From the NCBI RefSeq assembly GCF_001194135.2, contig NC_068999.1, positions 17,819,572 through 17,883,571 of the forward strand: a stretch of DNA of 64,000 nt, given 5' to 3'. A model generated the notes under the pieces. It was not told the DNA's origin. It saw only the letters and a program-made list of their open reading frames with translations, and searched no databases. Source of the stretch: Octopus bimaculoides. Taxonomy: Eukaryota. The position numbers were made by a program, and so were the translations under genes. Positions 13,127-25,069 of the stretch are shown in pieces (positions within the stretch are counted from its first letter, which is position 1; the number at the start of each line of letters is the position of its first letter).

Positions 13127-16100
13127 CAGCAGCAGCAGCAGTAGTGGTAGCAGTAGTGGTAGCAGCAGCAGCAACAGCAATGTAGTGCTTTTAGTTGACT
13201 TTTGGCCCCGGATCAACCCCACTGATGCGGAAAACCTACGATCATTAATATTCCCTCAATGACCATTCCATTGTGTTTTCAGGTTTGATGCAATCTAAGA
13301 CTTCATTGCTAGGAAAGATCTTGCCCTTTTATTTTTTTTTTTATATATTTAGTTGCTATTTCTCGTAGTTTTTTTTTTTTCCCCCTCGTGTCATTTTACT
13401 ATTTTATGTGATGGTGATGATAGCAGTAATACTGGTGAAGTGGTGATGGTTGTGGATATGTTGCTAGTGATGGTGAAGCTGGTGATGATGGTAACGGTAA
13501 TGTTGGTGGTCCTGATGATGGTATTGGTCATGAGGGTGATATCGATGACGGGTAGCGGCGAGGTTCATTTTGTAGCTGGTAGTAGTGATGGTGATCATGA
13601 AGAAGGCAAAGATGATGATGGGGACGGTAGTGCCTGATCTGGTATCGGTGATCATGTTGGCGACGGCGGTGGTCTTATTAATGGCGTGTTTGCGATGTTG
13701 TTGGTTGTCAGAGGTGAGGGTGTGTTTTGTTGTTGTTAGGTGTTTTATGTCAGTGGTGGTGATGGTAAGAGTACAACACGCTATCTTGCAACAATATTTA
13801 AACAAAATGTTAAGATCAAACAGCTGCCGAGTTTACTTTTGTTACATTACACTGGACACACAGCTACTCGGAGATTGAAATAACTACCAGTAATACACGC
13901 GTTTAACTATACGCACACAGCCCCTCTGCTTTATTATATAACCTCTCAAACAGCATAATTAAGAAGTAGACTAAATCCAATCTTCGCTTCTTGGGTGCCT
14001 TTAGCGGAGTCCACTCTGCTATAAGTATTCGGTCAAGGTCGCCGGTTTCCGGATGTTTCATTTTCTTTCTCCAAGCCCCAAATCTCGGAGGTCCTTTAAA
14101 GTGAATTGGATAGTTATTTCCTCCTAACTAAATTGTTGATTCGAAGGAAAGAAAAAAAAAAAGAAAAGAAAACGTTCCGAAGATGAAAAATAATCTTATG
14201 CCTATCGCATGCTTATCGTTTATGGTGTTGTTGCTATTACAGATGTGCTGAATACTGTAGTTTTATTTTTTTTGTGTGATGATGTAACTTGTTGTTGTGC
14301 TGCTATGTTGTGATGTTTACGTTGGTTGTATTTTTAAATGTATCTTATTGTAGTAAATTACGTTGTTATCCTTTTTCTAAAACTGCGATGACGATGTGGT
14401 GCTTTCTGATGATATACTTGTCATATATTTTTTGTTGTTCATGTTGTTACTGCTGTAGGTGTAGTGGTGTTGGTTGTATTTTTTAAATGTTTCTATTATA
14501 ACGATGAAAAGCTGCTGGTGCTGCTGCCGTTGGCCTTTGGTGTTGTGATATTATTGTGATACGGTTGCTGTTCTTCATATTAGTGATGATGGTGAACCAA
14601 GGCTGCTGATATGTGTTTTTTGTAGTTGTTTCTTTCCTTTTTATTCTAGTGAATGCTGCTATCATCTTAACTCTCTACAGTGTAACTTTTATTCCTCTGA
14701 TTGTTACTGTGATACTGCTGTTTGAGATGTTGAGATGTTACAGTCGTTCTACTGTTATTATGATGTTAATGTTGTGTTCATTGTTGTTGTTTGCCATCTG
14801 CTCGGGCATTTGTTGGTGTTTTGTATGCTAAATATCTTTTATTCGGGGCACTATACATAACAATTACTATTTCTCTAACTTGTGAAGGTCTTCTAGCAGA
14901 CCATACAATAGTAGTAACTGCAAAAGTAGTACAACCACCACCAATTTTTAGGGTATAAGTGTGATTGTGTTACCTTTCCAGTTTATAAATATTCGTGCTT
15001 TTATTCTAGTGATGAAGCTCCTGTTTCATTTACTCTCTCAAGGTATGCATACATACACACACTCAGACATATATAAACTGAACTAAAAGTTGATAATCAT
15101 CAACTTTGTAGTGTATATTCGAATTTTATTATCCGCCCCACATTTCTCGGAGACAGTGTCGTGGCTGTAATTTATTTTGGGAGTTTTTGAGCACTAACTA
15201 TCATATGTAGAGGCGGTGTTAAGGGCTACCTTGTGAAGTGATTTTTTTTTTTCTTTTCCTGTGTGTATGTCTCACTCTCTTTCTCTCACAGATACACAAC
15301 GCACACACAGTCACACTTATGTGTGTGTGCGAGCGTGCACGCGCGTGTCCACTGAACCATATTTAGAAAACATTTCATAGCATTTTGGGGTATCTTAGTA
15401 ACTCACCACGTTCCATTTCCCCCTGAAGTTTTATGCTGTTGCTACGATGTTGCGTGAAAGTACGGAAGTCTTATAATGTGTCGGTGAGGCAATGTTACAG
15501 TGGTGTTCTGTGGAAGTAACATTTATTAAGATGCAAGTGTTGTAGTATGTCACTATTGTATTGTTGTAGAGCTATAGTGCTATGGTGTATTACAGTATAG
15601 TAGTTTTGCAATGTGGTATTAAAGTCTGGCAGTGGCTTAGTGTGTTAGTGTGACTGTGCTGTATCGTTATGTTGCAGTGTGACAGTGATCTTGTGGCTTA
15701 ATGTCGCAGATTAACAGTGTTGTATGTGGCAGTGAAGTCTTGTGTAGCTTTGTAGTGGCGAAAGTGTCAAAGTGTAACAATATAGTGCGGTAGTGTTGTA
15801 GTCTGGTAAAGTTGTGTTGCGTTCCGTTGTAATTTTGTGGTGTGGAAGTGTTCTTTAGTTTTAACATCAACAATGGATTTCATTCAATTATTTATTGCAA
15901 ATGTAATGATGTTGTTGGTAGTGGCGGAGGTGATAACGATGTTGATTATAAGAATAATTATGATGGTAACGATAATGCTTATGATGACGAAGACAAGGAA
16001 GATGCTGTTGATGGTGATATAACTGCTTCTACTACTACTGCAGCTCCTGCTGCTGCTGCTGAAGTTTCAGCTATTGAAGCTAGGCGTTTCTTCTACACAG

Positions 16101-16384
16101 ATATTGTTGATGCTAATACTGTTATGGACGTCGTTTAAAGTTACTTGTGTACTCTTTTACAAAATCATATATTATTGCTGTTGTTTTACCGTTGATTCAA
16201 CCTACTGCAGCTGTTATTAAGCCTAAAATGAAACCGTGTTCCAACAAGCCCTTTGTCAAATCAATCTAGCCTCGCCTAACACATCGAGTTTTATTACGAC
16301 ACTGAGAAGAGTAAAGGAATGTGGTTAGTAAATAATGTATTATAATTGTTGATATTTTTTTATCATAATCCAAGGTAAATATTA

Positions 16385-16440
16385 TTTTCTACTCTAGGCA
16401 AAAGGCCCGAAATTTTGGGGGAGGGGGTCCTGTCGATTAG
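16385..16440 (-). mobile_element. Family-A SINE, 3' tail only (5'-truncated)
   Basis: ttttctactctaggcaaaaggcccgaaattttgggggagggggtcctgtcgattag matches the tail of the full copy at 18970-19185. Confidence 0.85.
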
Positions 16441-18969
16441 GTTATACTCGACAACATTAAAATAACCAAAAGAGAAAAAAAATGTGATATTTGATGGACA
16501 TTTGGCTATTATTTCTAGCAATCAAAGGAACGCATAGAAACCACATCTAGCCGTGAGGTTTGTCATCGTCAATGTCTCCGACTTTAGCCTAAGCTAAACC
16601 TGTATCGCAAATGCGTACGAAGAAAAGGTATTCCGACCATAGCCACCTCATATTTTAATCTGTTACCGGCACGTACTGTGTCCATCCTTCTTTTTTTATT
16701 ATTTTCAGAGATGATAGACAGTGGTCTACAGGATTTGGTACAACTTTCTAGAGAGTGGAACGACCACATTTCTACTAATTAGAAAGCAACGGACGCTGTT
16801 GTTGTTAGCAACGTAGATGTAGTAGTAGTAGCAGCAGCAGCAGCAAAAAGAAGAAGAACCAATACCAGCGGCAGCAGTAGAAGCCACAGTGGTAGCAGCA
16901 GTAGTGCTACGCACACTGAAGTAACGGCAGCAGCAGCGGTAACAACAGTGGTAGTAGTGGCAGCAGCCTCGATTTAAAAACAAACAACACTCACTTATGT
17001 TTTTTTTTTTAATTCAACATCATTCAACGGAATGTATTACATGTGTTGCCGTTGTTATTCCGTTGCTGTAGTTGTTGTAATGGCCATTGTTGTTGTGATT
17101 GTAAATGGTAATTGCTCTTACTTTTGTTATCGCTGTTTATTACTAGCAACTGTTATTGAAGTTGCTGCTGTTATGCCCTGTTATTACTCGTTTCACCCCA
17201 TTATTATTTTTGCTGTTTCTCTTATGTTTATTTTTATATTTGTCTCTGTTGTCTTTATATTTTCGCAGTATCTAAGCATATAGTTTTACTCATAGCAGTA
17301 GCTTTTCTCGTTGTTGTGCTTGTTTTAGTTATAGCTCTTTCTATTGTTGTTCTGGTTCTTTTGGTTGCAGTTGACAACGCTGTTATTTCAGCGTAAATTC
17401 TGTCGTTATTATTTATGTGCAAGACAGCAAGCTGGCAAATTCGTTCCAGCGCAGAAAAGAAAAGGAAAAAAAAAAAAAAAAATCTCCGCGATTTCTTTCC
17501 CGGCTCTTGATTGAACTTGGGTGAGAGGTAAATTTAACCGCGGTGTGATTAGAAATCAAAACTTAATCAAGTAACGTACCCGTGAAATACTAAGCATCGT
17601 TGGTAATAAACTAGAGGTCTCCATACATGTGCTACCGTCGTACTTACTTTTAAAAATCATTATTGCTGTTGATGTTATTGTTACGGTATGTTTTCAGACT
17701 TAGGAATATTGAAATTGTTGTTATTTCAATGATGATCATGTTCCTATCGTAGGTGCATCTGCTGCTCCGACTACAATATTCAAAAACTTCGGTAACACTA
17801 ACATTAATTACCGATGTATCTCGCTGCTTACATGTGCTGCTGATTTGCTGCTATTAATACTACTGCAGCTGTTCCAGATAGTGCTGCTGTTTTTCTTACT
17901 ATTATTAATTCTTTATTTTCTCCTGCTGCTGCTGCTGTTACTATTATTAATACTTCACGCTTCCCTTCTGCTGCTGTTGCTGGTGACACTGCTGCTACTT
18001 CTTCTGCTTACAACGTTGGTGTTGATGCTGCATCTGACCCTCCTCCTACCACAACCGCTTCTGGGGTGCTTCTCTAAGCATTGCTCTTAATGATCATGCT
18101 GTTAATGTTATTTTAGCCCATGGTCAGCTCTGGTTGAGCAGCCTATAAGTCAATGACGTTCCAGCGATATCTATCCCATCTTTTGGTATATCTATGCGAC
18201 TAGATGTGGGCATCGCATAATTTTGAAGACGATAGACTATTATTTTGATACGTCGAGCATTTCATACGACCATATACAGGCAACATTCTTGTTTCCATTT
18301 GCGTATCAAGATGCTGTTCTTTTTCTTAGAGTTATATTATCACCAGGTCACATTTAGGCACTCAGACATGTGACTAGTAAGATTCCAACCATGACTATCC
18401 AGTCATTCTCCTGTCTGCAGAGAACAAGAGATCAATTCTTTCGACTTCTATCTACTTAATACTGATCTGAGGGAGAATTTTGTTGTGTATTCTAGTTTGT
18501 CGAACAGCCACGCACACTTAACAGTTAGTCCGTTATTCAAACGTGAAGAGATGACGGTGCCGTTCCATATCTATGGAGTTGCATAGTTTTCTAAACAACT
18601 TATTTACTTTAGAATTCTACTTCATAGTAGTAGTAGCTGTTGTTACTGATGTTGTCATTAACCTAAAATAACTGTGTTATTATTGTTTAACCCTAGGTCA
18701 GCAAACCAGCAGAAATACACCAAACGTGACCTGCATGTCTATTATTCTGTACGGAGAGCCGATGCCATATACGATGAGTTCTTTTCTATGACGTTACAAG
18801 GCGATTCAACCGAGATTTAACTGCTATTTCTAGCATGCTTAAGTAATTGGGTTGTAACAAGCGCGCGCTGCATCGAGTTTTATTACGAAACTGAGAAGAG
18901 TAAAGTAATGTGGTTAGTAAATAATGTATAGCAATTGTTGATATTTTTTAATCATAATCCAAGGCAAAT

Positions 18970-19185
18970 ATTCTTTTCTATTCTAAGCAAAAGGCCCGAA
19001 ATTTTGGGGGAGGGGGCCCTGGTGATTAGATCGACCCAGTGCGCTACTGATACTTAATTTATCGACCCCGAAAGGATGAAATGCAAAGTCGACCTGGGTG
19101 GAATTTGAACTCAGAACGCAAAGACAGACAAATACTACCAAGCATTTCGCCCGGCATGCTAACGTTTCTGCCAGCTCACCGCCTT
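18970..19185 (-). mobile_element. Family-A SINE, full length
   Basis: Complete head, B-box-like motif and tail as in 5991-6207. Confidence 0.92.
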
Positions 19186-19194
19186 AATAATGGG

Positions 19195-19322
19195 CTTGAA
19201 ATTGGTGGGGAGAGGACTAGTCAATTATATCGACCCAAGTGTGAACTCAGAACGTAGTGACGGGTGAAATATCGCGGAGCATTTCGTCCAGCGTGCTAAC
19301 GACTCTGCCAGCTCGCGGCTTT
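19195..19322 (-). mobile_element. Family-A SINE with internal deletion, tandem with previous copy
   Basis: Tail (ggggagaggactagtcaattatatcgaccc) joined directly to gaactcagaacg...ctaacgactctgccagctcgcggc; central ~70 bp missing. Confidence 0.8.
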
Positions 19323-19374
19323 AATAATAATAATAATAATAACAACAAAAATGTTTCTGCCGAGATGTTTTGCT

Positions 19375-19411
<37 letters not shown>

Positions 19412-20271
19412 GTACGTGACAACATTTCCCTACATATGTTTCTCGCTTAACAGATTTAACTGAGTTCTAAAGAACTTATTGGATGTTATCTCAAAGAAAG
19501 AGACCGACCGAATAATAGACGTTAACATTTACTGTTCAGGGTTGTTTTGGGAAATTCTAACGTCGGTCCCAGGTAGATTTCTTTTATTTTTTACTTTAGT
19601 GTTATCATATGATAAACTTGATGAGACAAACATTCTCGTGGAAGAGTTCAAATCAAAGGTGAGGAAATGTAAAGACTAGTAACATAAACATACACGCATA
19701 GTATAAACAGGATTATACAAAAACCCTCACAATAAAAGGATGTATATTAGAAAAATAATATGACAAAGGAATAAACGATTACCTTATAAACATCATTAGC
19801 TTACAGCTTTTTTCTGCTGTGGGATGTAGTGGACTCAATTTGTCATCCTTTTCCCAAATAAACGACATTTCATGTTCGAGGCTCCGACGAAGCTATAAGG
19901 CGTTACTCAATTACTCAACCAGAAGTCCACTACATCTTATAATAACAGAAACAGCTATAAGCTAATGTAAATCTAATGAATTTCATAAGATAATCGTTTA
20001 TTCCTTTGCTATCTTATTAGTGCCCTATGCTCGTCTAACAAGTTGTTCTGAACCATACGTATGCTGAGTTCTACACCAGGCTGTTAGTTTCTCAATGCTA
20101 AGCGATATATAAAAGATATTTGTTTCGATTATGAACAATTTATTGTGGAATTTACTAAAAACTTATTAGAATGAATCATTAAATAAGGAGCTGACAATTC
20201 CACGTACATTTGTACATTCAAAGAGTAAGAAGAGAATAAATAATACATTTTACTCGTTTACTTTGTCATGC

Positions 20272-20430
20272 AAGAGCACCACCTTAAAGCGTTTTAGTCG
20301 AAGAAATAGACCCCAGGACTTGTTCTTTGTCAGCCTACTACATATTCTATAGGACTCTTTACCCCGAACCGCTAATTTATGGGGACTAACACACCTGCAT
20401 TGGTTGTCAAACAATGGCGTGAGGTGGAAA
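20272..20430 (-). mobile_element. Family-B SINE, 3' half
   Basis: gagcaccaccttaaag...gaccccaggacttgttctttg...gaaccgctaa...ggttgtcaa is the reverse complement of the 3' half of 54186-54655. Confidence 0.8.
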
Positions 20431-20442
20431 ACTTACACAAAG

Positions 20443-20489
<47 letters not shown>

Positions 20490-21107
20490 CACATTTAAAC
20501 ATAAGAGAAACTGCCTTCAACAAGCAGTTTTACACGCTAGAAGTAGTCAAAACGACCAAAACCACATTTAAGAGCAATCTTCAAAAGGAATGAAAAATAA
20601 AAACTTTTACCATGTTATTTTATTCCGGCCAGACCTAAGTTTCGAAATTTCTTAGCAAATGAAATAATTTTGAAACCTAGGTCTGATCGAAATAAAATNN
20701 NNNNNNNNNNNNNNNNNNNNNNNNNNNNNNNNNNNNNNNNNNNNNNNNNNNNNNNNNNNNNNNNNNNNNNNNNNNNNNNNNNNNNNNNNNNNNNNNNNNN
20801 NNNNNNNNNNNNNNNNNNNNNNNNNNNNNNNNNNNNNNNNNNNNNNNNNNNNNNNNNNNNNNNNNNNNNNNNNNNNNNNNNNNNNNNNNNNNNNNNNNNN
20901 NNNNNNNNNNNNNNNNNNNNNNNNNNNNNNNNNNNNNNNNNNNNNNNNNNNNNNNNNNNNNNNNNNNNNNNNNNNNNNNNNNNNNNNNNNNNNNNNNNNN
21001 NNNNNNNNNNNNNNNNNNNNNNNNNNNNNNNNNNNNNNNNNNNNNNNNNNNNNNNNNNNNNNNNNNNNNNNNNNNNNNNNTATATATATACACACACACA
21101 CACACAC

Positions 21108-21250
21108 ACATGGCGAGCTTCTTTCGCTTTCCGTCAACCAAATCCACACACAAGGCTTTGTCGACCCGAGGTTACAGTAGAAGACATTTACCCAATACGT
21201 CATGCAGTGGGACGGAACCCAAAACCATATGGTTAGGAAGCAGGCTTCTA
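21108..21250 (-). mobile_element. Family-B SINE, 5' half (likely same element as 20272-20430, split by an insertion and a gap)
   Basis: gcttctttcgctttccgtcaaccaaatccacacacaaggc...cagtgggacggaaccc...ggaagcaggcttc matches the reverse complement of the family-B head. Confidence 0.8.
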
Positions 21251-21710
21251 TGCACAGAGCCGCGTCAGCGCCTGTTTATATTTTTGAAGTATGAATCTTG
21301 TTGTAAAATTATAAGGATTGCAAAACATTTCCATCGCCAACATTCAAGGCAAAGTAAAATGAATGGTTCAGTTCAAGTTATGAAAAAATATGAGGGCCCA
21401 GGTCAAGAAAAGAATAAAGATTTTGCAAATACAATATGTATATAACAGGCAAGGGGCGGTCATAGTCACCTAGATGTGCACAAATATAAACAAAAGGCCG
21501 TGAACAAGTGAAATACATGCGCAACAAGACGCAGAAAATTATATTTGCGCGTTATTAACCTATTGTATTTTATTGCATATTATGTGATCAATGAAGAATT
21601 ATATATAAGCGTGCGGGTGTGCATCTAGTTGGTAATTGTTATAGAATATGCATAGCTATAAATATACAAACATTAAACGCTATTATATATAGGTATATGA
21701 GACATCTTTT

Positions 21711-21910
21711 CTTTTACATGTTTCAGTTAATTAGACTGCGGCCGTACTAGGACAACGCTTTGAAGAGATTTTGTTGAACGAATCGACTCCACTACTATTT
21801 TTTAAAGCCTGGTCCTTGTTCTATCGGGTCGTTTTACAGAGCCTTTAAATTACAGGATTTTAACTCACCCACACAGGGTGTCAAGTGACGGGGAAGACAA
21901 ACATAAAGGC
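21711..21910 (-). mobile_element. Family-B SINE, degenerate 3' half
   Basis: tgtttcagttaattagactgcggcc...aaagcctggtccttgttctatcgg...gtgtcaag. Confidence 0.75.
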
Positions 21911-22237
21911 ACATACCCATACACACATATAAATATATACACGCAAGCACTTCTAAACGAATATACAGGCATGAGCTTACATACCTATTATAAATGATTA
22001 ACCTGTAATACGCAATTCATGTACATACAGGCACATACAACCATTCGTCCGTTAATATTTAAAGATATGATCCCAAATAAATAAGAAAATAAGATACACA
22101 TGTAAATATATATATATATATATATGTGTGTGTATAATTAAATATATAAATATACACATGAATATATATATATATGTGTGTGTGTATAATTAAATATATA
22201 AATATATACATGAATATATATATATATATATATATAT

Positions 22238-22293
22238 GGGAGAATATACAAATAATAACAACAGACGAGGACAGGTGGTGTAAATAACAAAAG
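22238..22293 (-). mobile_element. Penelope-like terminal-repeat 3' fragment inside (TA)n
   Basis: gggagaatatacaaataataacaacagacgaggacaggtggtgtaaataacaaaag matches 43214-43269 and is the reverse complement of about 23518-23573. Confidence 0.8.
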
Positions 22294-22519
22294 GATATAT
22301 ATATATATATGTGTGTGTGTGTGTATAATTAAATAAATAAATATATAAATGAATATATATATATATATAATTAAATGTGCATGCCTATATATTTTCAAAT
22401 TATAGATATATAATTTAATCGTATGAATCAACAAACGGCAGTTTTGCTGGGGCACCGTTTTGATGAATTTTAGTCCGCAGTACATTTTTCCTTTTTTTTT
22501 TGCTTGTTTTCTACCCCTA

Positions 22520-22620
22520 ATACCTGCCATTCTATCGGTGTTTTTTGCCGAACCACTAGTTAACGGGAACGTAAATACACGAACACCGGTTGTCAAGCGG
22601 TCGTGGTGAACAAACACAGC
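22520..22620 (-). mobile_element. Family-B SINE 3' half (host of nested insertions)
   Basis: attctatcggtgttttttgccgaaccactagttaacgggaacgtaaatacac...ggttgtcaagcg. Confidence 0.8.
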
Positions 22621-22660
22621 CATAAAGACGAACACACGCGTGTGCGTATGTGTGTGTACG

Positions 22661-23268
22661 TACCAGGGAGCATCCAAAAGAAATATTTTGCCTTTGCAGC
22701 AATGCATCGGTCCAAGCGCGTTCTCCACTATTTGAAGCAGTACTGGAAATCTTCCGAAGTAATGCCTTGTAATGCCGCCATCGTTTTTTCTGCCCCTCCT
22801 CTACATCTGCAAATTCCGTAGCACCATCTTTCGTCACTAGTGATGACCTTCGAAAAAAGGTTCTGGATCATCTCCCAACCGTTCTTTCAGTTCTCGACAC
22901 ACATTCAGTTATGACTACTTTTGATCTTCCGTGAGCAAGCAAGGCACGAATTTTGTTGTAACTCTTTTCATTCGCAATTCGTCGCTCAAAATTCGAGCTC
23001 CAGGACACACCAGTCGTACCAACAATTTCGTCACCTGTTCGGTGACATGTCCTCCAAAATCAGGTCAGGAATTTTCGTAATATTTTCATTCGTTCGGTAG
23101 GTCGATGTTCGTCTTGAATGAGGTTGGTTTTCAAGTGACAAATGACCAGTGACCATTCCTCAGGCGTGGCAACCTCTGGTAAACTTGTGTTTTGCTCATG
23201 GCAGCGTCCTTGTAAGATTTGTAAAGCACGCCAACTGCTTCAGTCGCCGTTTTCCCCAGCAGCAAAAG
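22661..23268 (-). mobile_element. Internally deleted mariner (Tc1/mariner) transposon relic
   Basis: Manual translation across stops and frameshifts: LLLGKTATEAVGVLYKSYKDAAMSKTQVY; RILSDELRMKRVTTKFVPCLLTEDQK (WVPHEL-equivalent); VITSDERWCYG (first catalytic motif, TGDExW); then jumps near 22816 to EFADVEE...ALQGITSEDFQYCFK*WRTRLDRCIAAKAKYF (mariner C-terminus). Probable TA plus TIR at 22661 (taccagggagcatccaaaag). Confidence 0.88.
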
Positions 23269-23574
23269 CCTGAACTACAACAGACGTATCCGACAGAGAC
23301 CGTTTCCATTTCCTTTTCGGTACCTTTTGAACTTTTCCACTTTTGTAAACCTCCTTTATCATCCTTTTTTACCTTACTTTCCTTCACCTACCGTCTCTTC
23401 GTACTCTGGATGTTCCTCTCCGTGTTTTTCTCCTTGTCTCCGTATTCTTTCTGTTGAAGAGCGTAGCTCGAAACGTCAAAGACTTTCCGTATTCCCGAGC
23501 GTCATACTAATATATACTTTTGTTATTTACACCACCTGTCCTCGTCTGTTGTTATTTTTTGTATATTCTCCCAT
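23269..23574 (+). mobile_element. Penelope-like element terminal repeat (pLTR-like) with hammerhead motif
   Basis: Pyrimidine-rich segment containing CTGTTGAAGAGCGTAGCTCGAAACGTC, ending ctccca|(TA)n; near-identical inverted copy at 43213-43334. Penelope assignment is inferred from the hammerhead architecture; no GIY-YIG or RT ORF is present. Confidence 0.65.
23446..23482 (+). ncRNA. Minimal type-I hammerhead ribozyme motif (A6U core variant)
   Basis: Stem I UCUUU(23446-50)/AAAGA(23478-82); core CUGUUGA-A; stem II GAGC/GCUC with GUA loop; GAAA; palindromic ACGU; predicted cleavage after C23477 (GUC). Confidence 0.6.
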
Positions 23575-23600
23575 ATATATACTTACACACGCGCGCACAC

Positions 23601-23750
23601 ATACGACGGATTTCTTTCAGTTTCCTTCAATCATATCCACTCACGTGGCTTTGGTGGGTTGAAAGCTATAGTAAAAACACCTACCCGAGTTGCCATGCGG
23701 TGCGACTGAACCTGAAACCATGTGATTGCAAATACTTTACCAAACACACA
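23601..23750 (-). mobile_element. Family-B SINE 5' half (partner of 22520-22620)
   Basis: atacgacggatttctttcagtttcc...atccactcacgtggctttgg...gactgaacctgaaaccatgtg. Confidence 0.8.
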
Positions 23751-25069
23751 CATATATGTGCATCTCCCCACATTAATGTTCAATTCTAATCGTGGGTGTG
23801 TGTGTCTTAGCCGTAAGAGTGTGCAGCATGATCACGTAGTTTGTCATATCGCTGTGTGAGACATTCGGTAAATCATTCGCTGATCGTGTAAAGAGATGCA
23901 GTGTTTAGTTTCTTTGTGCATTTATTTCCTTGCTTATGTTTTGTCCTCCGTTATTTTTTTCTATCCATCTCTGCAGGTCCTTACGTGCGTGTGAAGCTTC
24001 TACTTGAACTATAACCTTTTTCTTGTATCGGATTCATTACCTGTGCTCGTATACAATATATTTTCCATATTTTTACCGTACTTCCTGAATACAATTTTTG
24101 CTTTTGTGGTGGGGGCCTTCGAAGCAATACCTTCTATATTAATACACGTTATGTCAAGTGCATTCGTTAAATATTTAGGTTTACTCTTCCGAGATTTAGA
24201 GCAGATTGGGACATAACATCTGGTTTTCAGTTTCAAAACTCTTCCATCTCAAACAAAGAATGCTCAATCTGCGTTTGTTTGGCAGCTGCAAAAGACATTG
24301 CCGTTCTTTCGCTTGTGCTAACGAAACGCTTGATAGAGATGAAAATGTGCTCAGTATGCTGACGTTGGTGGTGTTGCTAATGGTTTCAGTCTTACCGTAG
24401 GTTTCCCATACGACGGTGGTAGTGATCTCGGTGAGGCAGTAAGTTAAGTAATCTTCTTAGCAGTTTCTTCTATTTCGATGTTGATTTTGTCAACATTCTT
24501 TTTTATGCTCGTGCTCACTGCTACTCGTTTTCTTTTTTTGTTTTCTTTTTTCTTTTTGTAGATAGTAATTCTTGATATGTTTTTCTTAATGTATTGTTTC
24601 TCCCTGAGTCGTTATTACTTTTGCTGCAGTGTTTCTTAATATACTTTATTCAGCAGCAACACAGGACTGGGGAAAGTTTCTACTAAATTCAAGTCTGTGT
24701 CACAAATTTTCCGTTATTAATTTATTGCTAGACGTCAATACGAAGAAATATATTTAGCATTTTGAAAATAATATTTAGAAATTAGTATTTACAGAACTTG
24801 AGAATTTGCGTTAGCTTTGCAACAAAATACACATAAGCATTTCTCTATAACTACCCCCAATCAGGGGAATAAAGCTCGAAACTGTGTTGTAATACTATTG
24901 GCACAAAATAGAATATCTTTGCTTCATCCTACATTACGAACAAATATTAACCCATTCTCTTTATATAAGGTATACAGTAATCCGTGAAACGGTAGCATAA
25001 ATGGTGTAGTACGTTCAAGGGTAACTACCAATGAAAATAACCTTTCTACTATAGAAAGAAAGCCTGAAA

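Noticed and set aside
11097-18090. Poly-S/V/L/Y/H and ER-repeat ORFs
   Set aside because: Translations of simple trinucleotide or dinucleotide repeats; no domain, no splice context.
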